Source: Acanthaster planci
Lineage: Eukaryota
Assembly (NCBI RefSeq): GCF_001949145.1
Contig: NW_019091360.1
Span: 1,981,599-2,045,598 of the forward strand
Length of the DNA stretch: 64,000 nucleotides
Direction of reading: 5' to 3'
The notes beneath the pieces were generated by a model that searched no databases, was not told where the DNA came from, and saw only the letters and a list, made by a program, of their open reading frames with translations. Numbering within the stretch: position 1 is the first letter of the stretch; the number at the start of each line of letters is the position of its first letter. A program made the position numbers and the translations under genes. Positions 13,401-25,352 of the stretch are shown here, piece by piece.

Positions 13401-14452
13401 TCAGCAGGAAGAAAGAAAAAAGTTGCGTGCCTTGCTTGATTACTTGGAGGTGTGTCAGGAACACCTTTTACTCCCTAGTTTTCCTCTGTGTCTTTAGGAG
13501 ACGGGAAAGGGCTTTTAGATACGTTTCATTAAAGGCCAATTACACTGACTATTCAACAGTGTGTGTTTTTTTAAACATACCGTGTCTAGTTCTTGTCGTC
13601 AGAGGTCGTCCTTTCATTATAGGCACGATAACAAACAAAACGTGTGGGATGGTAGATTCCGTGCGATAGTGTAAAACCGGAAAGTTGGAGCTTTATTACG
13701 GCGTATCTTTTGGAGGCAAAACTTGACAAATAAACCAAGACACACAATATTAGTATCTTTGTTCCCACAAGTCCACTCGGTTGTATTTTTGCACAAACTT
13801 TGGGCTTGTTAGTAGCCTTCGAGTCGAGTGGAGTAATTCACTCGCTGTGATTCGAGTCAAGCCGAGTCAGTTACCCGTTGGAACTGCGATCGATGGGCCA
13901 AAAAGTGTGACTCAAGTTGGACTCAAGTCGACTCACTGACCCGGGTCAATATAACTCCGATATTACTATCCTTTCTGATGTTACCTAATATCTTATAAGA
14001 CTTGATGCAGAACGCAGTGCTTTGATGCCTATGGCATGGGCGAGTTAACGAACAATTTTTTTTGTCACTGTCCTTACAGACATAGGTCTAGGCACGAGCC
14101 CGGACGAACAAACAACACGCAGCCCTGTCAACGAACCAACAGTTCGTTGGCATGGTACAGTTACGGACGCTGCGTGCTTTAGGAGTCAAAATGAATTTTT
14201 TTCGAATACTGCACGGTATTAGGTACGTTGAATCGCCCTAGTTTGATATCGTTGTGTCCACGAAATAATCCACAAGGAAAGCAAACATTATCTTGGTGCA
14301 AGTTCAGTCAATTCAATTGCTCTTTATCACAATTGAAACTCTCATGAAAATAAATACCTCATCTCCAACAAGTAATTTTTTTTACCCAGCCAAAGCCAAG
14401 TGAAAAATCTAACATTTTAAGAGAATGACATTGAGGGTGCTCAGTCATGAAC

Positions 14453-14638
14453 CAGTGGCGTAGTAAGGATTTTACTGGGGGGCCACAAAGGGGCACCAGC
14501 ATCTTATGGGGGGCACCAGCTTTCAGTGGTGTGCTTTTTGGGGGCAAGCTTTTGTTAGCCTTGTTCAATATCCATTCCTCCGTTTTTTTCGGGGGGGGGG
14601 CACCGAGAATTTGTGGGGGGGTGGCACGTACGCCACTG
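14453..14638. mobile_element. hAT-like MITE
   Basis: TIR CAGTGGCGTA / TACGCCACTG; degenerate 8-bp TSD TCATGAAC / TCATTAGC; internal GGGG(G)CAC repeats. Confidence 0.75.
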
Positions 14639-17567
14639 TCATTAGCCGATTAGTGACTGAAGTTATTGTTATCATTACTCAGTTTAGCGTCGACTTTAAT
14701 TTATTTTTGTTGAGGTCGTTTTTACCTGAAATCTCTTTCGAGGCCTCGAAAATTAAAAGGACAGCACCTGTCGAACTTTAAACACGATGCTTGAACCATC
14801 TTTACTTTCCACTGTGATCGTTTTAAGAAGTGTCGCCCTTTCCTTTCTCTAAGTTGACCCAGTTTACCATTTTTCTGTCTGTTTAACGCAAGAGTTGATG
14901 AGCTGTCACGGAATATTCGTTGTGAGTCATCGCTGAGATGCAACGTGCCGGTGATAATTTTAAGGACACTAAACGCTGGATTGGTAAGCCGGCCCCAGCT
15001 CGCCCTGCTCACGGTTTGCAACACTTCTCGACATGATTTGGCTCCTCTTGTTGGTGTTGCCGGAGGCAAGTCCGAGCCAATTTCCACCGCCTCGGTTACC
15101 CAGTGGACATGACCCCTAGCGGCTAAAGCGTTCCACATTTTCTGTGTAAATCACCATCGGGTTGGCGCGTGGAGATAAAAAATGTTGACTTCGACCGAAA
15201 TGGAGTGGTTTCCCCGACGACCGTATTATGAGCTGATGCTCGCGCCAAGAGGGACTCATTTTTCATTTTCTTTTTCATTTTTCTTTTTTTTCACAAGGAC
15301 GTGCTTCTGTTTTTGTTTGTGCTTTCTGTGAGATGGCCCATGACATCAAATCAGAGGGAAGGATTTGAACAAGCAAGCAGATTATTTTGGTAAACTGGTG
15401 TGAAAATAAACATGGCTCGCCTGTGGGGATTTTAGATGGGATAGCCCTATCATGTTACGTAATTATTGGAAGAACCATCTCCAACTGAAACCACCCAAGA
15501 AATACTCATTTCGGAATTTTATCTCTATGTTTCAAGCAAAATCGTTGAAAGTCACTTGGAGAGGCGTTAAAGAACAGATTTTCATTGAGACCCTTTACTT
15601 CCAGCGTTATCGTTCCCAGGTCTTTTCTTCACACACGAGAATTGATAAAACCACCAAGATTTATCTACCTACAGCCGATGGACTTTAGATTTAGTCCGGC
15701 CAGCCCGATGCAGTTCTTGTCAGTGAAACTTAGATAAGACTTTAGAATTGGCCCAAAATGAAGAACCTTCCTTTAAGTTTATTTCCTTAAAAAATGATAA
15801 ACAGCGATATTTATTTTGGTCTCCTGTTTTCCCTCAGATTTTACATCTAAAGACTATAAAGTAACTTTTAAATTGAAGTACAAGCACCTACTGCACTAAT
15901 CGTCATGTATTTCAATTTTCGGAAGTGAAAGGTCAATTTTTGGCGCGATGTGTTCCTGTCGGGCCAGGCAATTTTTCTGTTCCAATAGTCAATATTTTAT
16001 GAAGGCCTTTTTCGGAGTTATTCTTTTAAAGGAGAAAGTTGTAACTGACTCGGTTGTACCATTTTCAGAACCTGCGGCGCGTAAGAGCAAATTATATGTG
16101 GGATATCAGAATAACCATGCAGACTGATACATCATAATGAACCTCAAGAAGCGTGTCAAGCAATGACTCCATGTCGGATACAATTGAAAAGTAAGATTTG
16201 TAATTCAAAATTTAGAATTCTGCTCCAGCGAAATCGATAATCACTCCGTCTCATGCAGTGTGGCTCGCCAAAGACTGTGTGACTGATCCGTTTGGCTGCA
16301 GCAGCGAAAGTTATTTTTAGAGCAAAGATGGCCAGTAATGGACACTATATAACAGTCTGACTGATATACGTGATGTCATTTTTTTTCAGATAATCAAACC
16401 ATGGAACGTGATCATTTAAGACTTCTTTCCAGAGAGTTATAGAAAGTTTAAAGATGGTCCGGGTTTCATGGAAATGGAAATGGACAGCACTTACTGAATA
16501 TTTTCAGATATCGTCAGTGTTTGCTCGATGTCGTAAACTGCACGCGTATTGAAAGAACTAAATACCGAAGCTACCAAGTATTCAGATATGAAACGGTCGT
16601 CTGTTGAAGGTGATTGGAGACTCGGGCGGATAAGTTACCCCCTTGGCTTTGCCTTTCGGAAGAGGCCTCTTTCAGATGCCCATGAGGGCGCATGGGGGCA
16701 GGGACCCCCCAGCGGAAGGTTTGGTCACACAAGGGGAAGTATCAGGTTTCTAGGGCTGTCATATCTCATTACATTGCAATCCCCTGGTGCGGCAAAATTA
16801 ATTTCAGTCGTGATAGCTGACGATGTGCAGGTCGCTTTCTCTACGGTGTCCTCGAAAAGACGCAGCAACTGCACGATGCTTGAAGCGCGACTGCAGAGAA
16901 TATTCAGTTGGCCATCATCTGCAGTAGACACGATACGCCATGCAGTGCGCCACCAATCGTCAACCTTGAGGAAAATACCTTTAAAATGTGCGTTTGACTT
17001 CTGGCTTATTATTTTTTTAATTGCAGAAGGTGCGTAGATGGAAGCATCAAAGGCGTAACAGAATTATTTTCGACGCATTCCTAAGGTCCGATCGGGGCCC
17101 ATTGTGCTTAATTAACAAGCATGGGTACAGTGGAAGGAAAAACAATTGTCAAAGGTGCGGGATTGAACAATAAAATAGGGCCGAGAAGAAACAGAGAGTG
17201 TAGAAGAAATAGGGTTTTGGGACAAAAACAGGGGAACAACTTACCGGCTTATTCGGATCCCCATACTCCATTCGATATTTGAGTTCATCTTTAGTGAAAC
17301 TAGTGGGCAGGATAGTTAGGGGCGTTGCTAAGAGTACCGGTATGCGAACCTCCGCTCTTAATAACCAGTAATTTTTCACTGTGTCACGATCAGTTACAGG
17401 CACCTTGATATGATCCTTCTGAACCCCAGTCACCGCCGAACCACAATGCTAAAGAGACTGACTTTGACATTTATCAGCTTAGCTTGCGTTTGCCACTTCA
17501 AAACACCACGTAAACAGTCAGTTTGAAGACGTTTGTCTCGAAATAAGCTTAATTATTGCCAAGGCAT

Positions 17568-17625
17568 GTTAACCAAAGACAGTATAGATCCGCTTCGCGG
17601 CATCGCACTATCTTTGACTGTTAAC
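17568..17625. repeat. Small palindromic element centred on a CCGC-TTC-GCGG hairpin
   Basis: GTTAACCAAAGACAGT...CCGCTTCGCGG...ACTATCTTTGACTGTTAAC folds on itself. Confidence 0.65.
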
Positions 17626-20114
17626 CACACGTTTTGTATTTGTTCCCAAGAGAAAGTCTTGTGCCCCATTTAATAGTTTTATCTGTATTGCTGATTACAT
17701 ATATTTAAAGTATCATAGGAGTCAGTGTATCTGCCGTCCTTTTTAAATCCGGAGCTAACACCTTTGGACATCTCTACAAAAACTGCTTACAAGCAAACAA
17801 TTTTCGTTTACTTTTCGTTTAGTGAAATGAGATTCCAATAATTCATGTCACAGGGTACTCCATAAATTTGTTTTTCGCTTTTTGTCAACATTTTCTCTTT
17901 TTTGATAATAATAACAGTCTAAAATGATTTTATTTTGCAGACTGATATTTTGTTCGTGTTTGTAATAATAATATTGCAATCTGTCATTTTTCAAAATTTA
18001 TAATTTGTAACTTGAAAGCCCCTATGACAACCGTTTTAAAGGTGTTTGGGTATGTATGCCCATAAATTAGAGTAACGGGCAACAAATACACGGTCTGTCC
18101 CTGCAAAAGGAGGGAAGCAGAGGGCGCACTCTTCTTTGAGGAGTGAGGGGTTTCAGGATAGGTTTCTGGCCCGAATTAGCCAATGTTTGTCCACATCACT
18201 GTTTTCATGCCCTCATATATGAATCTCCTCCTACAGAATCACTGGAATTTGGTGTTGCCAGTGAAAACAGGGGCAGTGAAAAGGGAGAGTGGAAGCCGTG
18301 AACAAGTGTTTCAGCTTTCCCCCTGTGAAATTGGATTGGGAACGGGCTAGAAAACTACTTCGTGGAGGCGACATGTTTCCGACTGTCGATAGACTTCTGT
18401 ACTGTAAGGTGGTCAACCTAGAGGGAAACAGAGAGCCAGTTTGGTATATTTAAACACACACACCCCCAAAAGGGTCATATCAGAGCAATACACCTGATAC
18501 CACAGCAGCTCGAACACGTTCCTTGTGTGGGATTCGGTGTATGGCATAATAGGCCATTTTCCAAAACATGTACTCGACTTTGGCGTCGTCTCAGACTTCA
18601 ACTACTTTTCTACTACCTGGCTTCGAAGTTGTAAGTGCAAAAAGTAAGTGTGGTAGGGCAACAAAACATAAAGTAAGATGGAAAAGAGCCAAACATTACA
18701 GTACCTCCATTTACTTAAAACGCTTCAGGCCAACAAACGGGGATTGGTTTCAAAGACGAAGCCTGAGACACAGACGAAGATGAATATTAGAGAACGGCCA
18801 TAGAGTTATTTTATGGAACGTATTGGCGCCCTGATAGGGCTCACCTCACTTTTGTATTGATGTTCACCAATGACCAACGACGCGCTTCGTTTTGATCATC
18901 TGTTGAAATTACGCATGGGTCAATCTTTAAAATGACATACGATTACCCCCCCCCAAATAATATAATACATGTTGCAATATGAGATAATGTGTTTTGATTT
19001 TCTATGTTTTTCAAAGACTATACGCACAGTTGTATTTTTCCCTACTTTAATAAGCATAGTATGATACGAGGCATAGCTGTATGCGCGTACTTCAGACTCT
19101 GGAACCAAAATGGCTAGTCATTATATGTACAGTAAAGCATGCAGCTATTGCGTGCTAATTTTGGCAATGTGCACTGACGCATAATCCACCATTTTGGTTC
19201 CAACAATTGAGGCTCCTATAAATCTCTCTGTGAACAGCCCTGATCCGAGGACATTTATACCGCCCTCACATGACATAAATTCTGTGAATCACTTTAGCAT
19301 CCTGACATGGCAATATCCCATGTATTACCCGAGAAAATAACTCGGCGAATTTATGCTCTCATAATTTGTTTGCTTCATTTACCCGCATCATTCATTTAAG
19401 GAAAAAAAAAACAACATCCTTGACGACAACAGGAAAAGATGAGCTGCATGCAGGCGACGAGGCTCAAGACACCGATTGGTTGCCTAGAACACACATACCC
19501 GCGAATGAAAGATCGGGGGAGATCTCCTTGATGCACTGGACTTTAGCAGGTTGCCGTGTAGATAATGAATGTCGAGGCTCGTGTGTAAACTTGTCTGCCG
19601 CGCGTTGAATTTCTTCTAACTGGTAACTGTAAGGACTCACTGTACAGTTGTGTCACGACTTGTTTGTGTGATTCTTCTGTGGTGCTGGAACTGTAAGTGG
19701 GGCCAGCAGGTAATTCGTGGCTGGGTAATTTCTCACATGCATGAAGGGAACAACCGAACAGAACAGAGCTGAATATTGCTGTGCAGTCATCAGTGTGTAG
19801 CTTTTCGGTCTCTCCGGAATCCAGTAAATTAAATTTGTCTACTGTGCAGAGAGGGGGAAGTGTTCCTTTGCATTACAGGTGTGCCATGAAGCAGAATAGG
19901 TACATATGAGATTCTAGATTACCACGGGTCGACATTGGCAGGGCCCCACCATTTAACATCTCAATGCATTTATTTTCATTCGTCGAACACGCCGGGGGTG
20001 ACCTTTCCTGCCTATGGTCGTCCATCAATTTTGATGAGATGATCGTATCCACCGCAACTGGTAACTGACCAACTTCGCATTGAGGGGGATTTCGGAATGT
20101 GCTTTGGTAAAACA

Positions 20115-20134
20115 TTCTCGTCTTCCTTCCGCAG
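20115..20134 (+). other. Splice acceptor of a 5' UTR intron of the GPCR
   Basis: Polypyrimidine tract TTCTCGTCTTCCTTCCGCAG ending 58 nt before the ATG; a candidate donor GTAAGT lies at ~19693. Confidence 0.6.
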
Positions 20135-20192
20135 GTCTCGAAAGGAAACGTCTACTGCTTGTCTTAAGGCCTTACGAGATACAGATTAAGGC

Positions 20193-21257
20193 ATGGATTT
20201 TCAGACTAGCACGGACGGAGAGATGACATCACAGAGCCCCTACGATGTCAGCGTAGTCTCTGTCATCAAGGCGTGCCTCTTAGGCGTGACTGCCGCGTCT
20301 ATCCTCCTGGGCAACACCACATGCTTGATTGTCCTACGGTACACGCACGACGGAGTCAGCCCCGTCACCAAGCTGTTTCTGATATCGCTCACCACCAGCG
20401 ATCTGTTGGTCGGTGTGCTCGTCTGCATTCCAATCGTGGGGTCGACGGCCCTGCAGAGCTGGCCGTACGGGGACACCTACTGCACCGTGGTTGCCATGTG
20501 CCACGCGCTGTACTTCAATGCTGGTTTGTCTGTGCTTGCCATCAACATCGAGCGGTACATCGCGGTCATATGGCCCCTGAGATACCCATTCATTGTTACC
20601 ATGGCTAGAGCGGCCATTGTTGAGATCTTCATAGTCGCCATCTTACTGTTATGGACCCTGTTGTATGTACTACTCCCAGGCCGAAAATCCTTCTACTACA
20701 GCAACTTCAACCAATGTTTTATCGACTTCGTGGTGGGAACCGATTTTCTGGGTCATTTGGGAATGACTGTCTTCATTGCTGTACCTCTCTTGGTAACAGT
20801 CATATTGCATGCTAGATTGTTCCTACTGGCCAATCGCCACGCCTCTCGAGTCGGTAATATAACCCTGGGGGTAATTAACTCAGATGGTCGAGACACCGAG
20901 AACGTAGCTTCGAAGCCTGAACAGGTGGAGCCACCCCTAGACACCCAACACAAGGAACGGCTGCGCACTCGCAAGAGCCCCGATGCTAAAGCCGCACGGA
21001 CCTTCCTCATCATGGCCGTGGTGCTGACTGTCTCCTGGACGCCGTATTACACCACCATTGCCTGGGAAAATCTCCGCACTGACCCGGTCCCCGAAGCACT
21101 GGCCTTTGTTTCACAGATCCTGTTGTTCCTAAACAGTGTCTGGAATGTCATCATCTACTATACAAGGAACCGATCCTTCAGGAAGACAGCCAATAGACTC
21201 CTTGGCTGCTGTTGCCGAATTCGGTCCCGGCGGAGGGACCAAGACACGATTACTTAA
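20193..21257 (+). CDS. Orphan class A (rhodopsin-like) GPCR, 354 aa, single coding exon
   Basis: Seven hydrophobic segments: TM1 GN, TM2 LTTSD, WPYG..YC, ERY(IAV..PLRY), TM4 W, ECL2 Cys, TM5 P, TM6 KAARTF..SWTPY, TM7 NSVWNVIIY, helix-8 NRSFR and C-terminal CCC. ORF intact. Confidence 0.95.
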   Translation: MDFQTSTDGEMTSQSPYDVSVVSVIKACLLGVTAASILLGNTTCLIVLRYTHDGVSPVTKLFLISLTTSDLLVGVLVCIPIVGSTALQSWPYGDTYCTVVAMCHALYFNAGLSVLAINIERYIAVIWPLRYPFIVTMARAAIVEIFIVAILLLWTLLYVLLPGRKSFYYSNFNQCFIDFVVGTDFLGHLGMTVFIAVPLLVTVILHARLFLLANRHASRVGNITLGVINSDGRDTENVASKPEQVEPPLDTQHKERLRTRKSPDAKAARTFLIMAVVLTVSWTPYYTTIAWENLRTDPVPEALAFVSQILLFLNSVWNVIIYYTRNRSFRKTANRLLGCCCRIRSRRRDQDTIT

Positions 21258-22306
21258 GGTTCCCGAGTCTCCTTGAGACAGTTCACCTCATTATTTTGTG
21301 GTAAAGAGTACGCCCTACACCTCCATAGGCATTGCTTATGGAATTGCCAGTCCATTGACAAAGTTTTTACCTCATATTGCAAACAACTTTTCATGCTGTC
21401 TCTTCGTCCATATCTTCTCAAAACAACAGGAACCCTGTATTCAGAACCCTATGGAATTTAATCTTATTTTCCAAGACCTTGAGAAGTCAAGACTCGGGAA
21501 GGGCTCTCAATCCTAACACTGAATAGAATTCGTGGGACGGCTGAAAAAACGCATAATGGAGTTTTCTTCGGCGTTCACGGGTGTTATCGTTTCAGCATAA
21601 TGCCATAGAAGATTATAGTGTGAAATGCATGCAGCATTCTCTGGAAATTAATGTACATGCTTCGATTGTCAGCATCGAAATTGCACTCTCTCCCTTTAGT
21701 GGCAGAATCCGCTGTCACGAATGTTTCACGAGTACAGTACGTTAGCGCTCGGGCACACACGTGTTTATTTCCGGTCCATCGCATAGGCGACACCTTTCAC
21801 CTTGACACACCGAAATGGTCAAACCACAAGCATTTCCTGATCGAGAGCACAAAGTCATGGAAATGGCTTTTATTACTATATACTCAATTCACCAATCATA
21901 GATCTGTTACGACCACAATAATTAAATATAAAGTGTAGTATTTTGCAGAATCAAAAGTGTATCCTGTGATCTGTAATTGGGCAGTGATAATGTACCGAAT
22001 GTTTAGACACAGGTGTTAAGAATTCCCTTAACCACTCAAATAAATGAAAAAAAATTACAGACGAAAGTGATGGGGTTTATGTTAAATATCATTAGTCCAT
22101 TTCTGTCAACTCAAAAACGTGAGGCAGTTTCTGACCTAGCAAATGTTTTACCGTCCAGTGGTATAGTTCTCCCTGATGGATCGATGCAATAGTAATACAT
22201 CGTCTCATTTGTGACAGGGGTTCGGTTAATGATCTGTAAAGCTACTCTTTGAAGATTAGGAGTTCACGCGAAGTACGTCACACAGGTAGGTTACTGCCCG
22301 CTGCTA

Positions 22307-22614
22307 TGGTGTTCTATAGCCGCCAAAATTGCGTCGCGACGCCTCCTTTCTCATTACTTTTATCCCGTGTTTAATGCGTTCTGTCGTGCTGTCGTGGCGT
22401 TGTGTGTTGTTTCTTGATGCCGTCAGGTCATGCCGGCTCGTCTTGCTGTCGTGTCGTGACGTCCCGTCTTGCCGTCGTAGCATCGTGTCGTCCCGTCGCC
22501 ACGACGCGACGGCACGACGCGACAGAGCCGTCGGAGCGTCGCGTTGTGGCGTTGCGTCGTGACGTCGGGGTGATGGGACGAAGCAAACGCAATTTTGGCG
22601 GCTATAGATCACCA
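22307..22614. mobile_element. CpG-rich MITE with TA TSD (Tc1/mariner-type ends)
   Basis: TIRs TGGTGTTCTATAGCCGCCAAAATTGCGT vs revcomp TGGTGATCTATAGCCGCCAAAATTGCGT (27/28); TA on both sides; interior built of CGTCG/CGACG motifs. Confidence 0.9.
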
Positions 22615-25352
22615 TACGCTGCAGACGTGTCTGTTGACCTGAAATGTTTATTCTTAGTCACTTGTGACACACCTACAATATTGCCTTGTTCCGTTCGGAC
22701 TGCGTGGCACGGAATTTGATCAGCTCATCAATGCAAGACATTTTGATAAAAATAGAACATTTTCCTGTTCAGTTAACAAAGATATTCAATAAAACGGTAT
22801 TTCAGCGTTGTTGCAACGTTACTGGTAAGTGGAAATCGATTCCGAATATGCACTTTATTAGATTTCATTTTTGTTACTAAGAGAGGATGGTATTAAAAAC
22901 TGCAAATTCGTCTTTTGTTATTCAGTTTAGTTATTTGGTCATTCAGTTTTTGTTGGCGTCATTTCACAGACTGAACGCGATGGTTTAAAGGATCTTTTGC
23001 GCTTCTGCTCTTTTCAGTGAAACAAAGTGTAATCTAACATTGTATCTATTCTCTTAACCTTTAAAAAAGTGAAAGTCGCATGGAAACATTCATACATAAT
23101 ACTTGCAGCTCCATCATAAGGAATTAACAAGTGGCGTTTGTTTCGCTTGAGTTTGGGAATCAGACATTGCATTATTTTCACCTTTCAATCTCCTCCTTAG
23201 ACGTGCGTCACTGTACGTAAACATACATTTTCCTTGGATACGAATGATTGCATTCGCATTAACTTGAATGGCAAAAAACGAGTTTGCTTTTTGGAGATTA
23301 TAATAGGCCTACCCTGAATAGGCAACGCGAGGCGAAGTTGCTGTAGAGCAGAATGAATGAGAACCTACATGTATAAATGCAACTTGGAATCTGACTGGAC
23401 ATTTTAAGTATCTTTCCGTCGAATAAGTGTGAAATATTGAGCTATATTAACCTTACCTTTACTATGGGTTTTCTCATTCAATTTTGACACATATTGTCAC
23501 CAAAACAAGCTCTCAAAGTCATTCGTTTTTAGCACGAATTTTAAGTTGAATGCGATTTCCTATCGCCTTTCAATGAACTACTGTACGCGAAGAATATTCC
23601 GCCGAATTTTCCAGGCCAACACATAATTTATGACCAACTCAGTTCAAACATAGGCAAAATGTTTCGTTAGTTTTGAGCTGGAATTCAAATGCCGTATACA
23701 ACTGGATAGCATATGAACATAATTTGGACACAAAAAAACATAAAAAACAAATACATACATATGATTATAATAATAAACAGTAAGATATGTTTATACATTA
23801 TGCATCCTACCAGGAATGTTGCTCGAGGTGATTAATCATTTTTTTTATCTCTGCTCATTCTTAGCTCGCTGGGGAATGTACACAGCTCAATATCGTCATT
23901 TTAAGGGCAGGTGTCTACTCGGTCACGATAAACATCTTCGCCATTTTAGGGGTAACCATAAAAAAAAGAGAGGCAAAACAGGTAAAAGCAACTTGCCTGA
24001 GACCAGCGCATAATGCCCAGCTGCTGTATTCGATCGTATTCGATGCGCGATCGAAAGACCCATGAGCGAGAGCTTCAAGTCATCACTGCACATGTACACA
24101 TATTTGAAATGTGAATAATATTCCGTTTAGTTGTTCAGTTGAATATTTAGATCATATATCATCGGTGCTCTAATTTTGTCCCAAAAGTTAAGTTGAGCGG
24201 TTTCAAATTGTGACATTATATTGAATACTGTTCTCAGTGTAATTCAAGATTGCACACATTCTTATTCCTTATCATTTGCAGCAACTTTGTGCTGTGTAGC
24301 CGACCAAGCTACTGTTGAACATATTCGATTTTTGATTCTATCATTTGATACACCTGTCCTTAATTATAATTGATTAATTAATAACGCACCTGTCAACTAT
24401 AACGATTGTCAGAAAAATCCATGGCTTTGCAAGTGTAGAAAATTAAAGAAACACTGCAGTGATTTTTAATGAAATAAATTGCCAAAGGAAATGGAAATCG
24501 TCTAGAGTGAAGTGTATAAAGCCTAGCATTTTTTGTTCACAAATCAATGCAACATCGTGGTTCGCATCGCAGAATAATTACGCATAAGGGAAGTTACCGT
24601 ATGCCCCAGTTTTGTCTGGACGCATGATATCTGAGTTTTAATTGATATCCATTTTTTGTTCAAATGGTATGCATGGTAGGTTTCGTGTCTCTTGGCTTTA
24701 CTTTTTCTCACGACCTGGAATCTGCTTCATCCATTTTGTTTTCATTGCTGAATATTAAAACTGAAAGCGCTCACTCGTGTGTGACTAAATATGAAACTGG
24801 CGGTGGCTTTCCAAGATGGTACTCTGTAACTGTGTTCAATTATGCTGCGCTGAGAATGGTTTGCTCTACTTCTGTTCGAAGACCGCCGATAAATTAATTG
24901 AATTAGAAGGGTCGGCAATTATGGCAGTTTTTACGACCATTGTTTGAATTTCGGTACTATACCGCACAAGCAAACAGAATGAAACATGAAAGTGGGACAT
25001 TCAAAATGGATCCATGGAAAAAGGTCGATATATGTACATGTTTGGCACCGTTTGCAATAATGAGATGAACTTGACATTTGGTACAGCAGCAGCTAGCGAT
25101 GAATGTCACCCTGTCGATGGACCTTGCCGAGCGAGACGGAAATATCGGTCAATTGCTATGCTGGGGAAGGACAAGGCAGTTGGATCACTCTTTTTTACCA
25201 CTGTAATTAGATCTTTGAGTTATTTCCCTTGGCTATTATAGTCGCTATTTTTTACCTTAGTGTTGACTTTTTTTCTTCTTTGAAAATGTTCCTTTTTAAC
25301 GGAAGTCAATAAGAAGCGCTCCCTTTAGTTGTGTCTATACATCCCATAATTA

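Noticed and set aside
14722..15138. 138-aa minus-strand ORF
   Set aside because: No recognisable homology by eye.
16549..17037. 162-aa ORF
   Set aside because: Non-ATG start and no domain signature.
22304..22719. Arg/Cys-rich ORFs
   Set aside because: Low-complexity translation of the CpG-rich MITE.
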